DNA from: Eledone cirrhosa | Lineage: Eukaryota | DNA: 64,000 bases | Reading direction: 5' to 3' | Assembly: GCA_964016885.1 (NCBI GenBank) | Contig: OZ024743.1 | Location: 239,134,001-239,198,000 of the forward strand | In this document: in pieces, positions 1 through 12,763 of the stretch | How the letters are laid out: each line of letters starts with the position of its first letter | How positions within the stretch are numbered: the first letter of the stretch is position 1 | Made by a program: the position numbers and the translations under genes | Notes under the pieces: generated by a model | Databases searched by the model: none | The model's input: only the letters and a program-made list of their open reading frames with translations | What the model was told of the DNA's origin: nothing

Positions 1-2235
1 AATTAAATCCATCCCAAACGAACCCGAGACACAAAGACGCCTCAGGGAAAGAATGGCACTTGATAACATAAAAACCGAAATTGAACTTAAATTGAGAGCC
101 CAAGCAAATGAAAATAGGATCAAATCAATCGACGATGAGATTAATCAAGCAATTATCAATAAAACCAAAGACCTATAAAATATTTCAAAACTATGGTTAG
201 AGGACTGTAATAAGGAAGTATTAAAATTCCTTCAACGTTGGGAAATAAATGAAACCAGGTTCTCTAACTATGAAACACTTTTCCAAAAAGAACACACATC
301 CAAGAACCCCTCCATTAAAACCATAACAAGAAAACCCAATCACCACCCAAACACCACACAACAACCAACAACAAAAAAAGCAATACCTCCCCACATACCA
401 AAAAAAGAAGGCACCACCTCGCCCCTACCTCCTACACCCTCCACATAACTACCACACGGATTCCCAAGCAACAATATAGTAATAGAGAAACATTAGCTAC
501 AAGATGGACACTACAACTACTCTCCCACCAGGAGAAACCATAGAATTCCCCACACTTACAACCCTCCTAACATCCCCACACAACAAACCCACAACCATCA
601 TTACTTTCAACAAAGAACCCAAAATACACAACTACCACACATGTCACACAGTGACTCACTATCACACACCAACTATAAGGAAACCCTAATCTACCCTCTT
701 CCACTAACCACATCCTACTACAATAACACCAGCAGGGGACAATACAACCACACCAGACACCCTAACTACTACAACCACCATAACTACACACCATACAACA
801 ACAGCAGCAGGACTCAATATAACCACACAAGACAACCCTACTACAACTACCACCAAGTCTACATACCCTACAACAACAGCAGGGCTCAACACAACCATAC
901 GATACAACCCAACTTCAACACCACCACAACTACACACCCTATAACCACGTCCATCAAATCTACACACCTTACAACAACAACAGCAGGGCTCAATACAACC
1001 ACACGCTACAACCTAACTTCAACAACCACCACAACTTCAGATACAAGGTAACAAGATAACACAAAATGTAATAAAATCGTTAATTTAACCTCTAAAGAAT
1101 TAACAACAGACCAAATCAACATACTCTCCAAAGGTCTGAAATTTACACCAACTCCCCAACAACCAAACTACCCCTAAATGAAGGAGGATATTTCAGAATT
1201 CTGTAGAAAACTAAGACTTAGTGAGCAACTATACGACAAATACAATGAGGATGACTCAATAGCCAGAAATAGAAGCAACTACACCCCACCAAAAGGCAAG
1301 AACTAATTCCCCGATCAATTCTGCGAACACATTACTAATTACCCATACCACCACCTACACAGACATACAGAAAAACCAAACCTAAGCAAAAAAGAATGGA
1401 ATGGTCTTAACGACAAAACCCTAACAATCAAAGAGGAAGATAAAGGGAGTGCAGTAATCCTTATGGGGACAGATTGCTACACGACTCTAGTACTCTCAAC
1501 TCTAGAAAACCAAACATATTACGAAAAGGCCCAACACTACACACAACAGAAAATAATGAGAAACCTAAAATCACCTAACAACCCTTTACAAAGAAGGCCT
1601 TACAGACATATACTACAAACCCTCAGACTCCAAACAATATCTTCCATTCAACTCGTGCCACCCTCGCCATACCAAAATGGCAATTCCTTATAACCTAGCC
1701 AGAAGGATCTGCACAATAGTTTCAGATAAATACACATGCTACACACGACTAGAAGAATTAAAGAACACACTTATCAGCAGAAACTAACCACCATCCCTAC
1801 CTAATCAACAATGGATTCCAACGTGCATTAAAATTCAACACCCAGGAACTCAGACAACCAAAACCCAGGAATGAACTGAAACAGAAAACTCTACCATACA
1901 TCTCCACACTCAACCCCCTCAACAATGAGGCATTCGACACCATGCTCCAGATCATTCCTTTACTAAAAAGAGACCCAAGAATGAACAAAATCCTCCAAAC
2001 ACACAACATTATAAAGAGCAAAAGACACCCTAAATCCATAAAAAACATCCTCACACAAGCCAAAATCCAGCCAACCCTCACAATGAACCCTCCAGTAAAA
2101 AATGCGGAATGCCTAACTGTGGCATATGCATAAATCTAATAGAAGGTTCAACAGTCCATTTTAAACAAAGACAACATTTCACAGTTAAACACAACTTTAC
2201 ATGTGCATCTATGTTTTGACCTGCTCAGGTTGTAT
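1..2235 (+). mobile_element. Degenerate Penelope-like element with RT core deleted (RT N-terminus, thumb, Cys-rich linker, start of GIY-YIG)
   Basis: Manual translation gives IVNLTSKELT..ILSKGLKFTPTP (~1075-1160), LTIKEEDKGSAVILM (~1420-1465), YYKPSDSKQYLPFNSCHPRH..IPYNLARRICTIVS (~1610-1725), CGMPNCGIC and FTCAS..LTCSGC (~2103-2233). Stops and frameshifts are present and no YxDD lies between these blocks. Confidence 0.8.
715..1040 (+). repeat. Imperfect tandem repeat (~65-70 bp unit, ~5 copies) inside the PLE 5' region
   Basis: The motif caacaacagcagggctcaa..aaccacac..caaccct/aact.c recurs at ~721, 797, 872, 975. Confidence 0.75.
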
Positions 2236-3634
2236 GTCGGTGTTGGTAGAGCCGAGTTTTAAAGTCACACTTTCCAAAACCCAGTCCGGCGACATGCCGC
2301 TACACTTTCGGCCCACGTCTGGGACCTCCAAGATAATAATATAACCTACAATCTCACTTGGAGCTTACTGTCCAGAGCTAACTCTTACACGGGAGGACGC
2401 CGTCTGTGTAACTTATGCGCGGAGGAAACATTACAAATGCTGTTTTCGAAGGACCAACTCCTAAACAAGAAAGACGAACTGGTAACCGCATGCAAACACA
2501 GATTGCGTAGGACTTACCTCGCCCTCAAACCAAATAACGACCCGGATGGGTAGACAAGGGCTGATACCCCCCACTTGCCGAATAAGTTAGGGCGAACTCC
2601 AGCTTACATAGTTAGATGTACCTCTTTTCTTTTCCTCTATGTTGTCTTCTTCCTCTTGTCTCATCCTATCACTTCCGTCTACCCCGAGGCAGCCCATCGG
2701 GCCTCTGTAGCCTCAGTACCCTCACCCCTGTAATTTTAAGATAAAATTGGCCGAATACGCTTTACTAACTATTTATAGCAGATGTGTTAGACCCATGTAA
2801 TTTTGTATCATTTTTGTTACTACTCCAATTCTACAATTTCAAAATTTCTTATTTAGTATTTTCTATTCTCAACTTATTAACCTATAATCGTAAGATAGCA
2901 ATGAGCGGAATACGCTTTACTAACTATTTATAGCAGCTGTGTTAGACCCCAGAAAAGTTTGCATTATATTTTTTCACTACCCACTTCTACAATTTCTTAT
3001 TTAGTATTTTCCATTCTCAACTTATTAACCTTTTCTATAGCTTTGGCCGTACAAGCAACACCTATTAATTATAGCAGCTGTCTCTAGACTCTACTGTTTT
3101 TGTTTTTGTTTTTTTATTCATTTCTCGCTATCTAATTTTATATATTTTTCTTTATATCTCTTTCTATTATTTTTTATTGTCTCCTACTCTCATTTGACTT
3201 ACCTATTCTATAACTTCCCTCCTCCATTTTCTCCAGAACAATTTTTCGACTTTTCATACACTATCCTTAGAATCTGCTGTATAGATTTCACTTTCAACGC
3301 TTGACCGTCTCCACTCACTCCCTCCTTGTTCTACAGGCAAGTTCAGCCACACCTACCTCCCACCAAATGCCATGACAGACATATTTGTGTTTACAACAAA
3401 TTTTGACCAATCCTCTTGACAACTACAATCTTCCCATATAAGGAAGTGCCCCTTGACAAGTTCGGCTATTTATTTACCAGGCTAAAAATTCAAATTTAGT
3501 CCAGAAATAGCCGTCGAAACGGCTTGAGCTCTGTCGTCGGGGTCATACTTTTTCCTATTTCCCACTCAACTACCCTAAGTATTGAGTACTCTGGTACGTT
3601 ATGGTCCATCTGGTTCCTTACCACAATTCCTTTG

Positions 3635-3637
<3 letters not shown>
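2236..3637 (+). mobile_element. 3' end of a second PLE family (endonuclease C-terminus, 3' region and pLTR with HHR)
   Basis: Translation reads HTFQNPVRRHAATLSAHVWDLQ..LTW..CNLCAEETL..LLNKKDELVTACKH, ending ~2553. A ~155 bp internal duplication lies at ~2753/2908. The terminal ~300 bp recurs at 14024-14400, 14408-14540 and 33656-33846. Confidence 0.8.
3448..3543 (+). ncRNA. Type I hammerhead ribozyme, U3:A8 core variant
   Basis: gcccc TTGACAA g-ttcggctattt...aaatagccgtc GAAA cggc ttgagctct gtc GTC ggggt. Stems I, II and III all pair, and the cleavage triplet is GUC. Confidence 0.8.
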
Positions 3638-3725
<88 letters not shown>

Positions 3726-3736
3726 TATATATATAT
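3638..3736. repeat. (TA)n microsatellite abutting the PLE 3' end
   Basis: Direct reading. Confidence 0.95.
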
Positions 3737-4725
3737 GTATAATTTATGCATAAATACAAGTAAATAGCAGAATTCAGGCCACAGCTGGAACTGTTTTTGA
3801 TGAGAGGTCAGCTGAATTAGGATTTAGCCTAGAGGCAACAGAGCAGCAGTAATCACAGCTAGGGCAACACCAACAACAACAACGTTCTATATTTCTATTA
3901 TTGCTGTTCCGTTTTCAAATCCATAAACCACCACGTTGACGTCACTGTGTTTTAGTTTTTTTGTTTTTTTTAGTTTCTTTTGTTTTTATATATATATTTC
4001 TTGTCCTTATTTTTTTTTTGTTTACACATTACTTGTGTTCTGTTTATTTAATTTACTTTTTGTTCCCATTTCTCCCGTCACCTCCGTTAATTTCATCATA
4101 TCGTCACAACTGTACCCCACTCTCCTCAACAACGTCAACACCACCTATATTACCAGCAACATCACAAACCAACAGCCAACACTATTACCTCAACTACATT
4201 TAATCTTACTCCACTCCAACTCTTTTTTTTTCTTTTGGTGCTCTTTTTAAATTTTTTGTTAAATTTTTTTGTTTTACTTTTCGTTGCCGTTGGATTGTTC
4301 ATTTATTTTTCGTTGTTAACTCCTTTGCTGAGTTATTATATTTTTTTTTACCTCAGTTTGACAAGCGTTTGGATACCAACGTTGGATGAAAGCGAACTCA
4401 GGTCTATTCTGCCATATGGCCAGACTTAGATTGCTTGGCTATATACAAATCCCGACCCCTCAGCCACATCTCTGTCTGAGCTCACTGATAGTCTGCTTAA
4501 TCCAATTATCTTGTCGAAGTGATCAGAGACAAGTGATGACGAGAGGAGTAGGGAGAGAGATAAGCATGCATATTGTCGTCCACACATCAACGAATAGACC
4601 ACCAGCACCATCTCGTTCCACCATACGCTTCCTTTCACTCACTTTTGTCACTTTAGTTTTACTTTCACTTTCTCTCACCCTTACCTTTTCACATAATTTT
4701 TACTTTTTTCCTGTCAGTCACAGTC

Positions 4726-4730
<5 letters not shown>

Positions 4731-4797
<67 letters not shown>

Positions 4798-4979
4798 ATA
4801 CACACACATACACACACATATATATATATTGAGAGAGGGGGAGAGAAACAGAGAGATGGTTGTCTGTGTGTCTATATGGCTATCTACCTGCCAGTTTCAA
4901 CTTTTCAATGCAACCTATGCCTCTCCCCTTCCCTCTCCCTACCGTCTCTCTCTTTATCTCTCTCCTCCATCTCTCTTTA

Positions 4980-5077
<98 letters not shown>

Positions 5078-5090
5078 CACACACACACAC

Positions 5091-5157
<67 letters not shown>

Positions 5158-5170
5158 GAGAGAGAGAGAA
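4731..5170. repeat. Compound (CA)n/(CT)n/(TA)n/(GA)n microsatellite cluster
   Basis: Direct reading. This cluster explains the THTH/YIYI ORFs. Confidence 0.95.
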
Positions 5171-5234
5171 AAGATGAAATCGAAAATGCCACTGGAGTCT
5201 TATTTTTTAAAATATATATATATTTAGTTGGTTC

Positions 5235-5270
5235 CTTTACCGGTTTCGCAGTTCTTCTGCTTTTCAAAAG
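5235..5270 (-). ncRNA. Minimal type I HHR, U3:A8 variant, palindromic stem III
   Basis: The minus strand reads ctt TTGAAAA gcag-aagaa-ctgc GAAA CCG GTA aag. Confidence 0.75.
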
Positions 5271-5770
5271 TAGAGTTGAAATGGAGGGTCTGTGGATTTT
5301 CTCACATCTGGTTGGTCTTAGAATGTTACTTGTTTTATATGGAGAAAAGTGGCTCGAAACGCCAGGTTTCTAGAGAAGTAATTTGATTGGTTGGTCAATA
5401 AGTATAATAAATTTCGCACCAGTTCACGTTACAAAGTTCTTCAAACAAAGGGGAGGGGGGGGGGGGCTCAGGTTGTTTTTTCATATATGAGTGAAGTTTG
5501 GTTGATGCAGTTACGTGAATAAGCACATCAGCTGACGCACCATCTGCTTGACTTTCTTTTTACTTAAAAAAAAAGGGGCTCACGAAGGCTTTTTATTTTT
5601 TATAAATGTAATTTGATTGGTTATAAATGAAATTATGGTTGTCACGTGAACAAGTTCACTAAATTACGCGCCCGTATTTGGGAATTTCTTTTGTAGCCTT
5701 TTAGAGAATTTTATGATAAACAAAAGATAATGGTCAAGAGAGATGGGATCGGAGGAATTGTATAAATTAT

Positions 5771-6329
5771 AATTATACTTATAATATTTCTACTTATTTC
5801 CATAACAATCTTATCCACTTGGTTTTAACATATTGATATCTTTAAATCATAATATCTATAACATTTGCTATAATTCCACTTCTTAAAGTTTCATAAAATA
5901 TATACATATATAATTCTAATTTTTTTTTATTTTAATTTTAATTATAATTTTAATCTTAACCATTTTTAATTCTTTATTTTTATTTTTTTATTTTTATTTC
6001 TCGTACTATTTTGATATTTCTCCCCTTATATCTTCACTCTGTCTTCTCCCTCTCTTTCTCCAGTGTCGTTTAAATAAACGGTTGTTTTTCAATTATTTAC
6101 ATATTCATTTGCATATTCACACAGAAGTTTGAATAATCCCTAATATATTTCCACCATCCAGTGAATTTCCAGCCGATAAGGTATGATTTTCATGGGTATG
6201 TCTCTATTTATAAAACAAACTTTGTATTTTATCTGATGAAAGCGTACCTATGTTGTCTTGGTACCCTAGAAATATATATAATGAAATAAATATGGTTTTA
6301 TAAATATAGTTTCCATTTATTTAATATCA

Positions 6330-6333
<4 letters not shown>
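5771..6333 (+). mobile_element. Internally deleted PLE 3' region/pLTR
   Basis: Near-identical to 32455-32670 joined to ~33287-33630. It ends at (TA)n. Confidence 0.8.
6225..6288 (+). ncRNA. Minimal type I HHR
   Basis: tattttat CTGATGA aagcgtacc..ggtacccta GAAA TATATA TA atgaaata. A second copy lies at 33522. Confidence 0.7.
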
Positions 6334-6381
<48 letters not shown>

Positions 6382-6399
6382 TTATATATATACCCCTCT

Positions 6400-6900
6400 T
6401 GCAAAGAATACATTATATTTCGTCGCTTTATTTGCCGAGCACGTGACCTCGTCATATATTTATTATAATACACATAATGATGGAAAATTGGTGGAGAGTA
6501 TTAATTAAGTGTTATCGTCAATAAACAAATTCATTATGTAAGGAAGTTGGTTTGGTAGTTCAAAACTCCTCAAAAGATTTTATATAAATATTTACAATAA
6601 TTCACTGTTCCCAGCCCGAGGCTCAAAATCGCAAAATACTATAATAAATTGATTTCGAGTTAATGACTCACTTGCAGATAAAATCCAAACAGATTCTCGC
6701 AAAATATAGTGTACATATATTGAAACATTGAAAGACGATGCAACACCTCACTTCCTAGATATATCTGGACATAACATGATGAAAATATTAAGCCATAAAA
6801 TCAATTGGTCCATTGTAGTATTCGCTATTTTAATTATTTCTATACATGTGAACCCTGTCTCTTTGAGAAGTATAACATAATAGTAAACTCTATTATTAGG
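6400..6900 (-). pseudogene. Possible highly decayed piggyBac-like transposase relic
   Basis: Only weak motifs (SLTRNQF..LRF) resembling piggyBac MSRNRF..LRF, with many stops. Confidence 0.3.
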
Positions 6901-7468
6901 TCTTTAGAAAAGATTTGTCAATTCTTGCAAATACATCCACCATTATTTATTTATAAATTTGCAATTCTCTATGAATTAAATTATTGTATTTTTTAATGGA
7001 TTTGGCATACAACGAAAGTTGTTCATATAAATATAAAAAAAAAATCTGTTCACTAACAATAACATTTCATTAACAGTAGCCAACACCGTTGTGAATGTTT
7101 TGTACGTAAGATACTGTAACCATGAAAACACTGTATGATTTAACATAGGAATACATAGACATATAACGCGTTCTGTACAAATGCTCGAATATATGAATGT
7201 GTAATACATTATTCCCTCTCTTTTCGGCAAATAATCAATCTCTGTCTATTGGTAACTAATATTTTAGTGCGTTTACGAACATCTTTTTCTCATGTATTAT
7301 CATGCTGCTTTCTTAATTCGATCGTTTGAATAATATCTAAGAAACTCTGGATTTTATTTCTGTCATGTTATGCCCTTCCATATATATATGTATGGATATA
7401 TATATATACACTCTTACCAAATACCTACCCACCCAAATGACATACTGATGTATGGGAGATGGGAGTAA

Positions 7469-7587
<119 letters not shown>

Positions 7588-8079
7588 TGTGTATAATACA
7601 TACTTAGAAGAAGATACGATCCTCTGGGCTTAAATGTATTGTACCGTAGATCTGCTTGATGAGGTTTACTCCTTGGCTAAACAACAATAACAACCAATAC
7701 GTATAACTGAACTAACTACCTCCTCCAACACGTGGGAGTCTCTACACTGTAGTTCAACCTGTTATACATTACAATGAACATCCCCCTCAAATGACACTGA
7801 TCTGTCTTTAAAAAATTCCTTTAAAAAAATTACTTAATGATGGTTATACCTAGTTTCTTTGAGCCTATATTAGCTTTCAGAGTTGCACTGTGGGTTTAAT
7901 ATCAACCTCTATTACCTCTAACAACACTATTGTTATCACTGTCATTGCAACCAACGAGGGTTCTTCACAACAGTCTTTAAAAAGAAAGACGTACTGGATA
8001 GTCGCCTTTTTTTTTACAAGTGTATAAAAAGATGTCATGTCTTTGAACATTGATTTCCATGAGTAGAGATGACCAGGTA

Positions 8080-8545
8080 TTCAATAACAGCAACAGCAGC
8101 ATCTGTAGCAGAGAAAGTAGCAGCAACAGCGGCAACAACAGCAACTTTTCTATTGCTGTTGCTTCTATTGTTGTCACTGTTGGTGGTGATGAAGGTGGCT
8201 TTGTTGGTGATGTCTATAGTGGTGATAGTGACAGTGGCAGTGTTTGTCGTGGTGGCTGTTGTTGTTGTTTCTTTAAATGCTACTATCGTTGTTGCAACTG
8301 TTGACGTTGTTGCTGTGATTGTTGTTTTCGTTGTTACTGTTGCTGTTCAGGTTGCTGCTGTTGTTAATTATGGTTTTGTTGTTGCTGTTGTTCCTGTGGT
8401 CATTGCCACTTTTACTGTTGTTGTTCTGATCTTTGCTGCTGTGTTATTTTGTTTTGGTCGTTGCTGCTGTTGCTGGTCCTGCTGCTGTGGCCATTGTTGT
8501 TGTTGGCGTTGCTTCTGTAGCTGTTACTACTACTGTAGTTGGTCC
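8080..8545. repeat. Degenerate trinucleotide low-complexity tract (GTT/GCT/GGT)
   Basis: Direct reading. It produces the Val/Cys-rich spurious ORFs. Confidence 0.85.
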
Positions 8546-8755
8546 TGAATGTCACTGTTTAACTAACATATCCCTGATGGTTACTGTCATCTGAAAACCC
8601 TACAATTTACACCCACTGCCGTTCCTCCGAATCAGGAAAAACCGGTGCCTAGATATTAGAATGAACCTAAAACACTAAGCATAAGCAAACACACATACAC
8701 ACACACACATACACACACACACACACACAGAACACACACACATACATACACAAAG

Positions 8756-8787
<32 letters not shown>

Positions 8788-8794
8788 TTACACC

Positions 8795-8930
8795 CACATA
8801 TCTAGGGTTGTATTGGGGTGTCATGTATCTGAGTTTGTATTATGGAACCCAGATATCTAGGGTTATGTTGGAAACCACATCTCTAGAGTTTTATTGGAGA
8901 CATATATCTAGTTTTGTATTGGAGACTCCA
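8795..8930 (+). repeat. Minisatellite, ~26-29 bp unit x5
   Basis: The unit ca(c/g/t)atatctag(gg)ttgtattgg recurs five times. Confidence 0.75.
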
Positions 8931-9279
8931 AATCAATCTACAATGTCACTTTTTTATATTTCTTTAATAACACCACCATAACAACAACAACCATAAAGAT
9001 TACCGTCAACACCAAAGCTACTTCCAACAATACCACTATCAATGCAGCTACGACCAGTACCATCGCTACTATTACCACCACTATTACTATCACCAAAACG
9101 ACCATCACCAACAACATCAACCATACTGGGAGTAACGTCAATACCACCTTCTCTACGACCACAAACAACAATACTAAACCCTTTACATTCAGCCCCATGA
9201 TCACCTCTGCCATCACCCCATCACCAATAGCCCCACCGCCGTCAGCAGCACCACCAATAACATTACCACATCCTTGCTC

Positions 9280-9465
9280 ACCGCTATCGGAGGTGGATTG
9301 GCTGTTCCAGCGCATCTCTCTCGTAACCCCCGGAGCAATGCATTCTCAATCCCGTCGGCTGGGACCCAGTGGTGGAATCTCAGTTAGTTGGTAATGGAGT
9401 ATACTCATTCGGACGTCACTTTCACACATGCATTGAGTGCCTTTTAAACTGTTGTATAAATAACA
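9280..9465 (+). mobile_element. 3' tip of a CRE-like (RLE) non-LTR element
   Basis: EVDWLFQRISL followed, after a frameshift, by RSNAFSI resembles the CRE C-terminal FQRxSxxxxRGNAxxI motif. A short 3' UTR runs into (ACT/ACC)n. Confidence 0.5.
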
Positions 9466-9841
9466 TTACTCTAACACTATTACTCTAAACAGCCCATCAG
9501 CTACCAACACAACCACCACTACCATTACTATCATTGGAAACAACCAATCAACCACCACCACTACTTCCATCACTACTATTACTGCTGCCACCACCACCAC
9601 CAATACTATCAATACTATTACTGCAGCCACCACCATCACGACTACCATCATCAAAATTATTATTGCAATAATCCTCACGAACAACAACCACGGGATAATG
9701 GTGGTAGTAGTAGTGGTAGCATCAGCGTTGGTGGTGATTGTATTGCTGGTGGTGGTGATTGTAGTAACCACAATGGTTGTAGAGGTAGTAGTAGCATCAG
9801 TATTAGTGGCCTTGGTGGTAGTATCAGCAGTGGTAGTGTTG

Positions 9842-9898
<57 letters not shown>

Positions 9899-10328
9899 AA
9901 TGGCAAAAGACCCGTGTACAACCCTCAATATACAACATGGACTAATGATATCCCCGAGGAGTGGAAGAGGGGTTGCTGTAAGTTTGGCGCCAATACAAGG
10001 AAGCCCCAGAGATTTTCAACAGTGAAAGTCATTTGCCGATTGATCTATGATATTTCAATATCGCTTGAATGGATCTTAAGATGGGACGATATTACGCCGT
10101 CTGCCAAACGAGGAGTGTGATATACATACATACATATATATACATACATGCATACATACATACATTCATACATACAACATACATGTATGTATGTATGTAT
10201 GTATGTATGTATGTATGTATGTATGTATGTATGTATGTATGTACATACATACATACAAATACATGTGTGTATATATGTGTGTGTCATATAATATAAATAT
10301 GTAGATACATATATTTATGTTATTTGAG

Positions 10329-10472
<144 letters not shown>

Positions 10473-11212
10473 TGTACAGTGGTTGCGTTGAGATGCATTT
10501 TGTGAAAATTTCCGAATGAACATAATAGTAGTCAATTACTCTAAATTATAGTTGAAAATATTTGGTAAATTAACTTGAAAACGGAAAGGGTTGACAGAAG
10601 CATTTGCGAGAAATTGAAACCACATCTCTCAGGTCCTCGTTGAGTACGATAACTAGTACGAAAAAGAGCTGATTATCACCAACTGTGTCATTTATAGGAT
10701 TTTACACCTGTAGCTAGAATTATAAACCACGCATTTATAATGCACCACACATAATTTTATGATTATATGATTATATATCATCAACTGGTCGACCTTACTA
10801 GGACATTCAGGAGCCTAACACGCCATCCAACACGATAAAGCATAAGTGTTGGGAAGTCATTATGGGATCGTTCTGAGTCTCCACATAGTTGGTTGATGTA
10901 AGTTAAAGCCGGTCGACCAATATTTCTCTGGCGCGGCGTGGTGCCCAAAGCAAAAGATCACTCTACAAGTTCTTGCTTTGCTCGCCAGCAGTGTCCTGCA
11001 AATCGCATTCTTCGTTCCCGCATTATTGCAGATATATCAGGGATGGGACCATAGAGCAGTTCTTTAGTAGGATACTGTATCCATGAGATATTAAGTACAT
11101 CCGTGTATAAATTCCATCAAGCTTGGATTCTATTTTTTTTATCAGTATCCAAGGAATGACACCATATCAAAACCGATTTTACAGAATGATATATATATAT
11201 ATATATATACAC

Positions 11213-11311
<99 letters not shown>

Positions 11312-11421
11312 CACGCCTAAGTACCCGATGTTGCGCGAGTAATGTAAAGAAATTGCATTCAAATACTTAACATAAGTGATTCTAACATTAACGGCATAAT
11401 AACGGGACATTTTGTGAGATC

Positions 11422-12160
11422 ATTACCATCATCATCATCGTCATCGTCGTCATTATCATCATCATCAGCATCATCATCATTATCATCACCATCATTATCA
11501 TCATCATCATCATTATCATTATCATCATTATCATCATCGTCGTCATAATCACCATCATCATAATCATCGTTTTTACGTTAGCTTTTCCACGCTTGCAAGG
11601 GTTGGATTTGTCCTTCACAGTACAGCATCTCTAATCATTGAGTTACTTCGTCCTCTCTGTGAGAATCAGCGATTTACGATCAGCTTTCACTATTTTTTCT
11701 GTCCTGGTCTTTCGTGGTATACCGCTACCACGACTTCCTTCCACTGGCATTTCCTGGCATCTCTTCACCAAGCAAACATCCTCCGCGTGCATCACGTGTA
11801 TGTTCCAACGTAGTCTTCTGTCTTGCACACCGCTTTGGAATTTTCTTAAATCGAGCTTCTCCCTCAGCTCATTCAAGCTCTGCCTTTATCTCACATTTAC
11901 ATTGCACATCCAACGAAGCATGATTGCTTCATTTCTCTCCAGTCTACGCATGCATGTCCTCAGCAGTCACAGACCATATTTCACTACCCTATAGCATTGC
12001 ATTTCATACACGGATATCATACAGTTGTACTTTTGTACGTAGAGAGAAACCTTTTTTTTTTCAACAGTGGGAGTAACTCTCTAAACTTTTCCATCCTATT
12101 CTTATTCTAATTAATGTGCTCTTCGAGCACCCTCCTCACTGGAAATTAAGTCCCTTAGAT
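11422..12160 (-). mobile_element. 5'-truncated RTE-clade LINE with (ATG)n-like tail
   Basis: The ORF reads RRLRWNIHV..VKRCQEMPVEGSRGSGIPRKT. The (CAT)n tract at 11422-11570 lies at its 3' end. It is homologous to 27464-27815. Confidence 0.8.
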
Positions 12161-12169
12161 TAAAAGTGA

Positions 12170-12720
12170 CTGAAGTGGTCCAATTCTATGATTCACTTGC
12201 CCTTGGATCCTGAAAATCGTCATAATGCCATTCTCATAGATGACATTTGCACCAAATGATATAATTTGCAATTAATTATTGTACTTCTGGATATTTTGAA
12301 GAAAGTGTCTTGATTCAGTCTTTGTACCAATTAGCAGTCCTCCTCAAGGGTTCTGGTGGTTCAAGTTATAGTTTCAACTTAATCTTTCCATTTGAACAGC
12401 ACAATCCAGTTGACACACCATTCCATATTTTAGCACAAAAGTTTGGACAAATCTTGTTCATTGAGGAAATTTAAATTAAAGGTTCTGAGGAATAGTCTTG
12501 ATGTTGATTGTAACTAAAAGCAGCAAAGTTCCACTCACCAATCTTTTGAAATCATAAATCTTATTTTCGCTCTCTGTTCAGCCTTTCAGTTGTTTGATCT
12601 TCATTTCCTTCATGTCACCTTTCAGCTGTTCTACTTTGTTTTGGGAGCCTTTCTTCCAAATGAAGGTTTATTTTTCGCTGGCACTTTTTGCCTGCCGCTC
12701 CCAAAGTCAATATTACCGGT
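12170..12720 (-). pseudogene. Helitron RepHel N-terminal fragment
   Basis: Manual translation gives AFSYNQHQDYSSEP..MNKICPNFCAKIWNGVSTGLCCSNGKIKL..LEPPEPL, then shifted frames with SFGANV and FRIQGQV. These are typical Helitron pre-Rep motifs. Confidence 0.75.
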
Positions 12721-12763
12721 CCCACCATAAACAGGTGGTTACAAGTATATATATATATATATA

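Noticed and set aside
715-1040. Spaced repeats resembling a CRISPR array
   Set aside because: The whole unit repeats with no unique spacers, there are no cas genes, and the context is eukaryotic.
4352-4405. TTGACAA...GAAA possible HHR
   Set aside because: There is no UH cleavage site or coherent stem III, so it is too degenerate to call.
9910-10120. WTNDIPEEWKRG RT-like peptide
   Set aside because: Probably an RTE relic, but too short and decayed to delimit.
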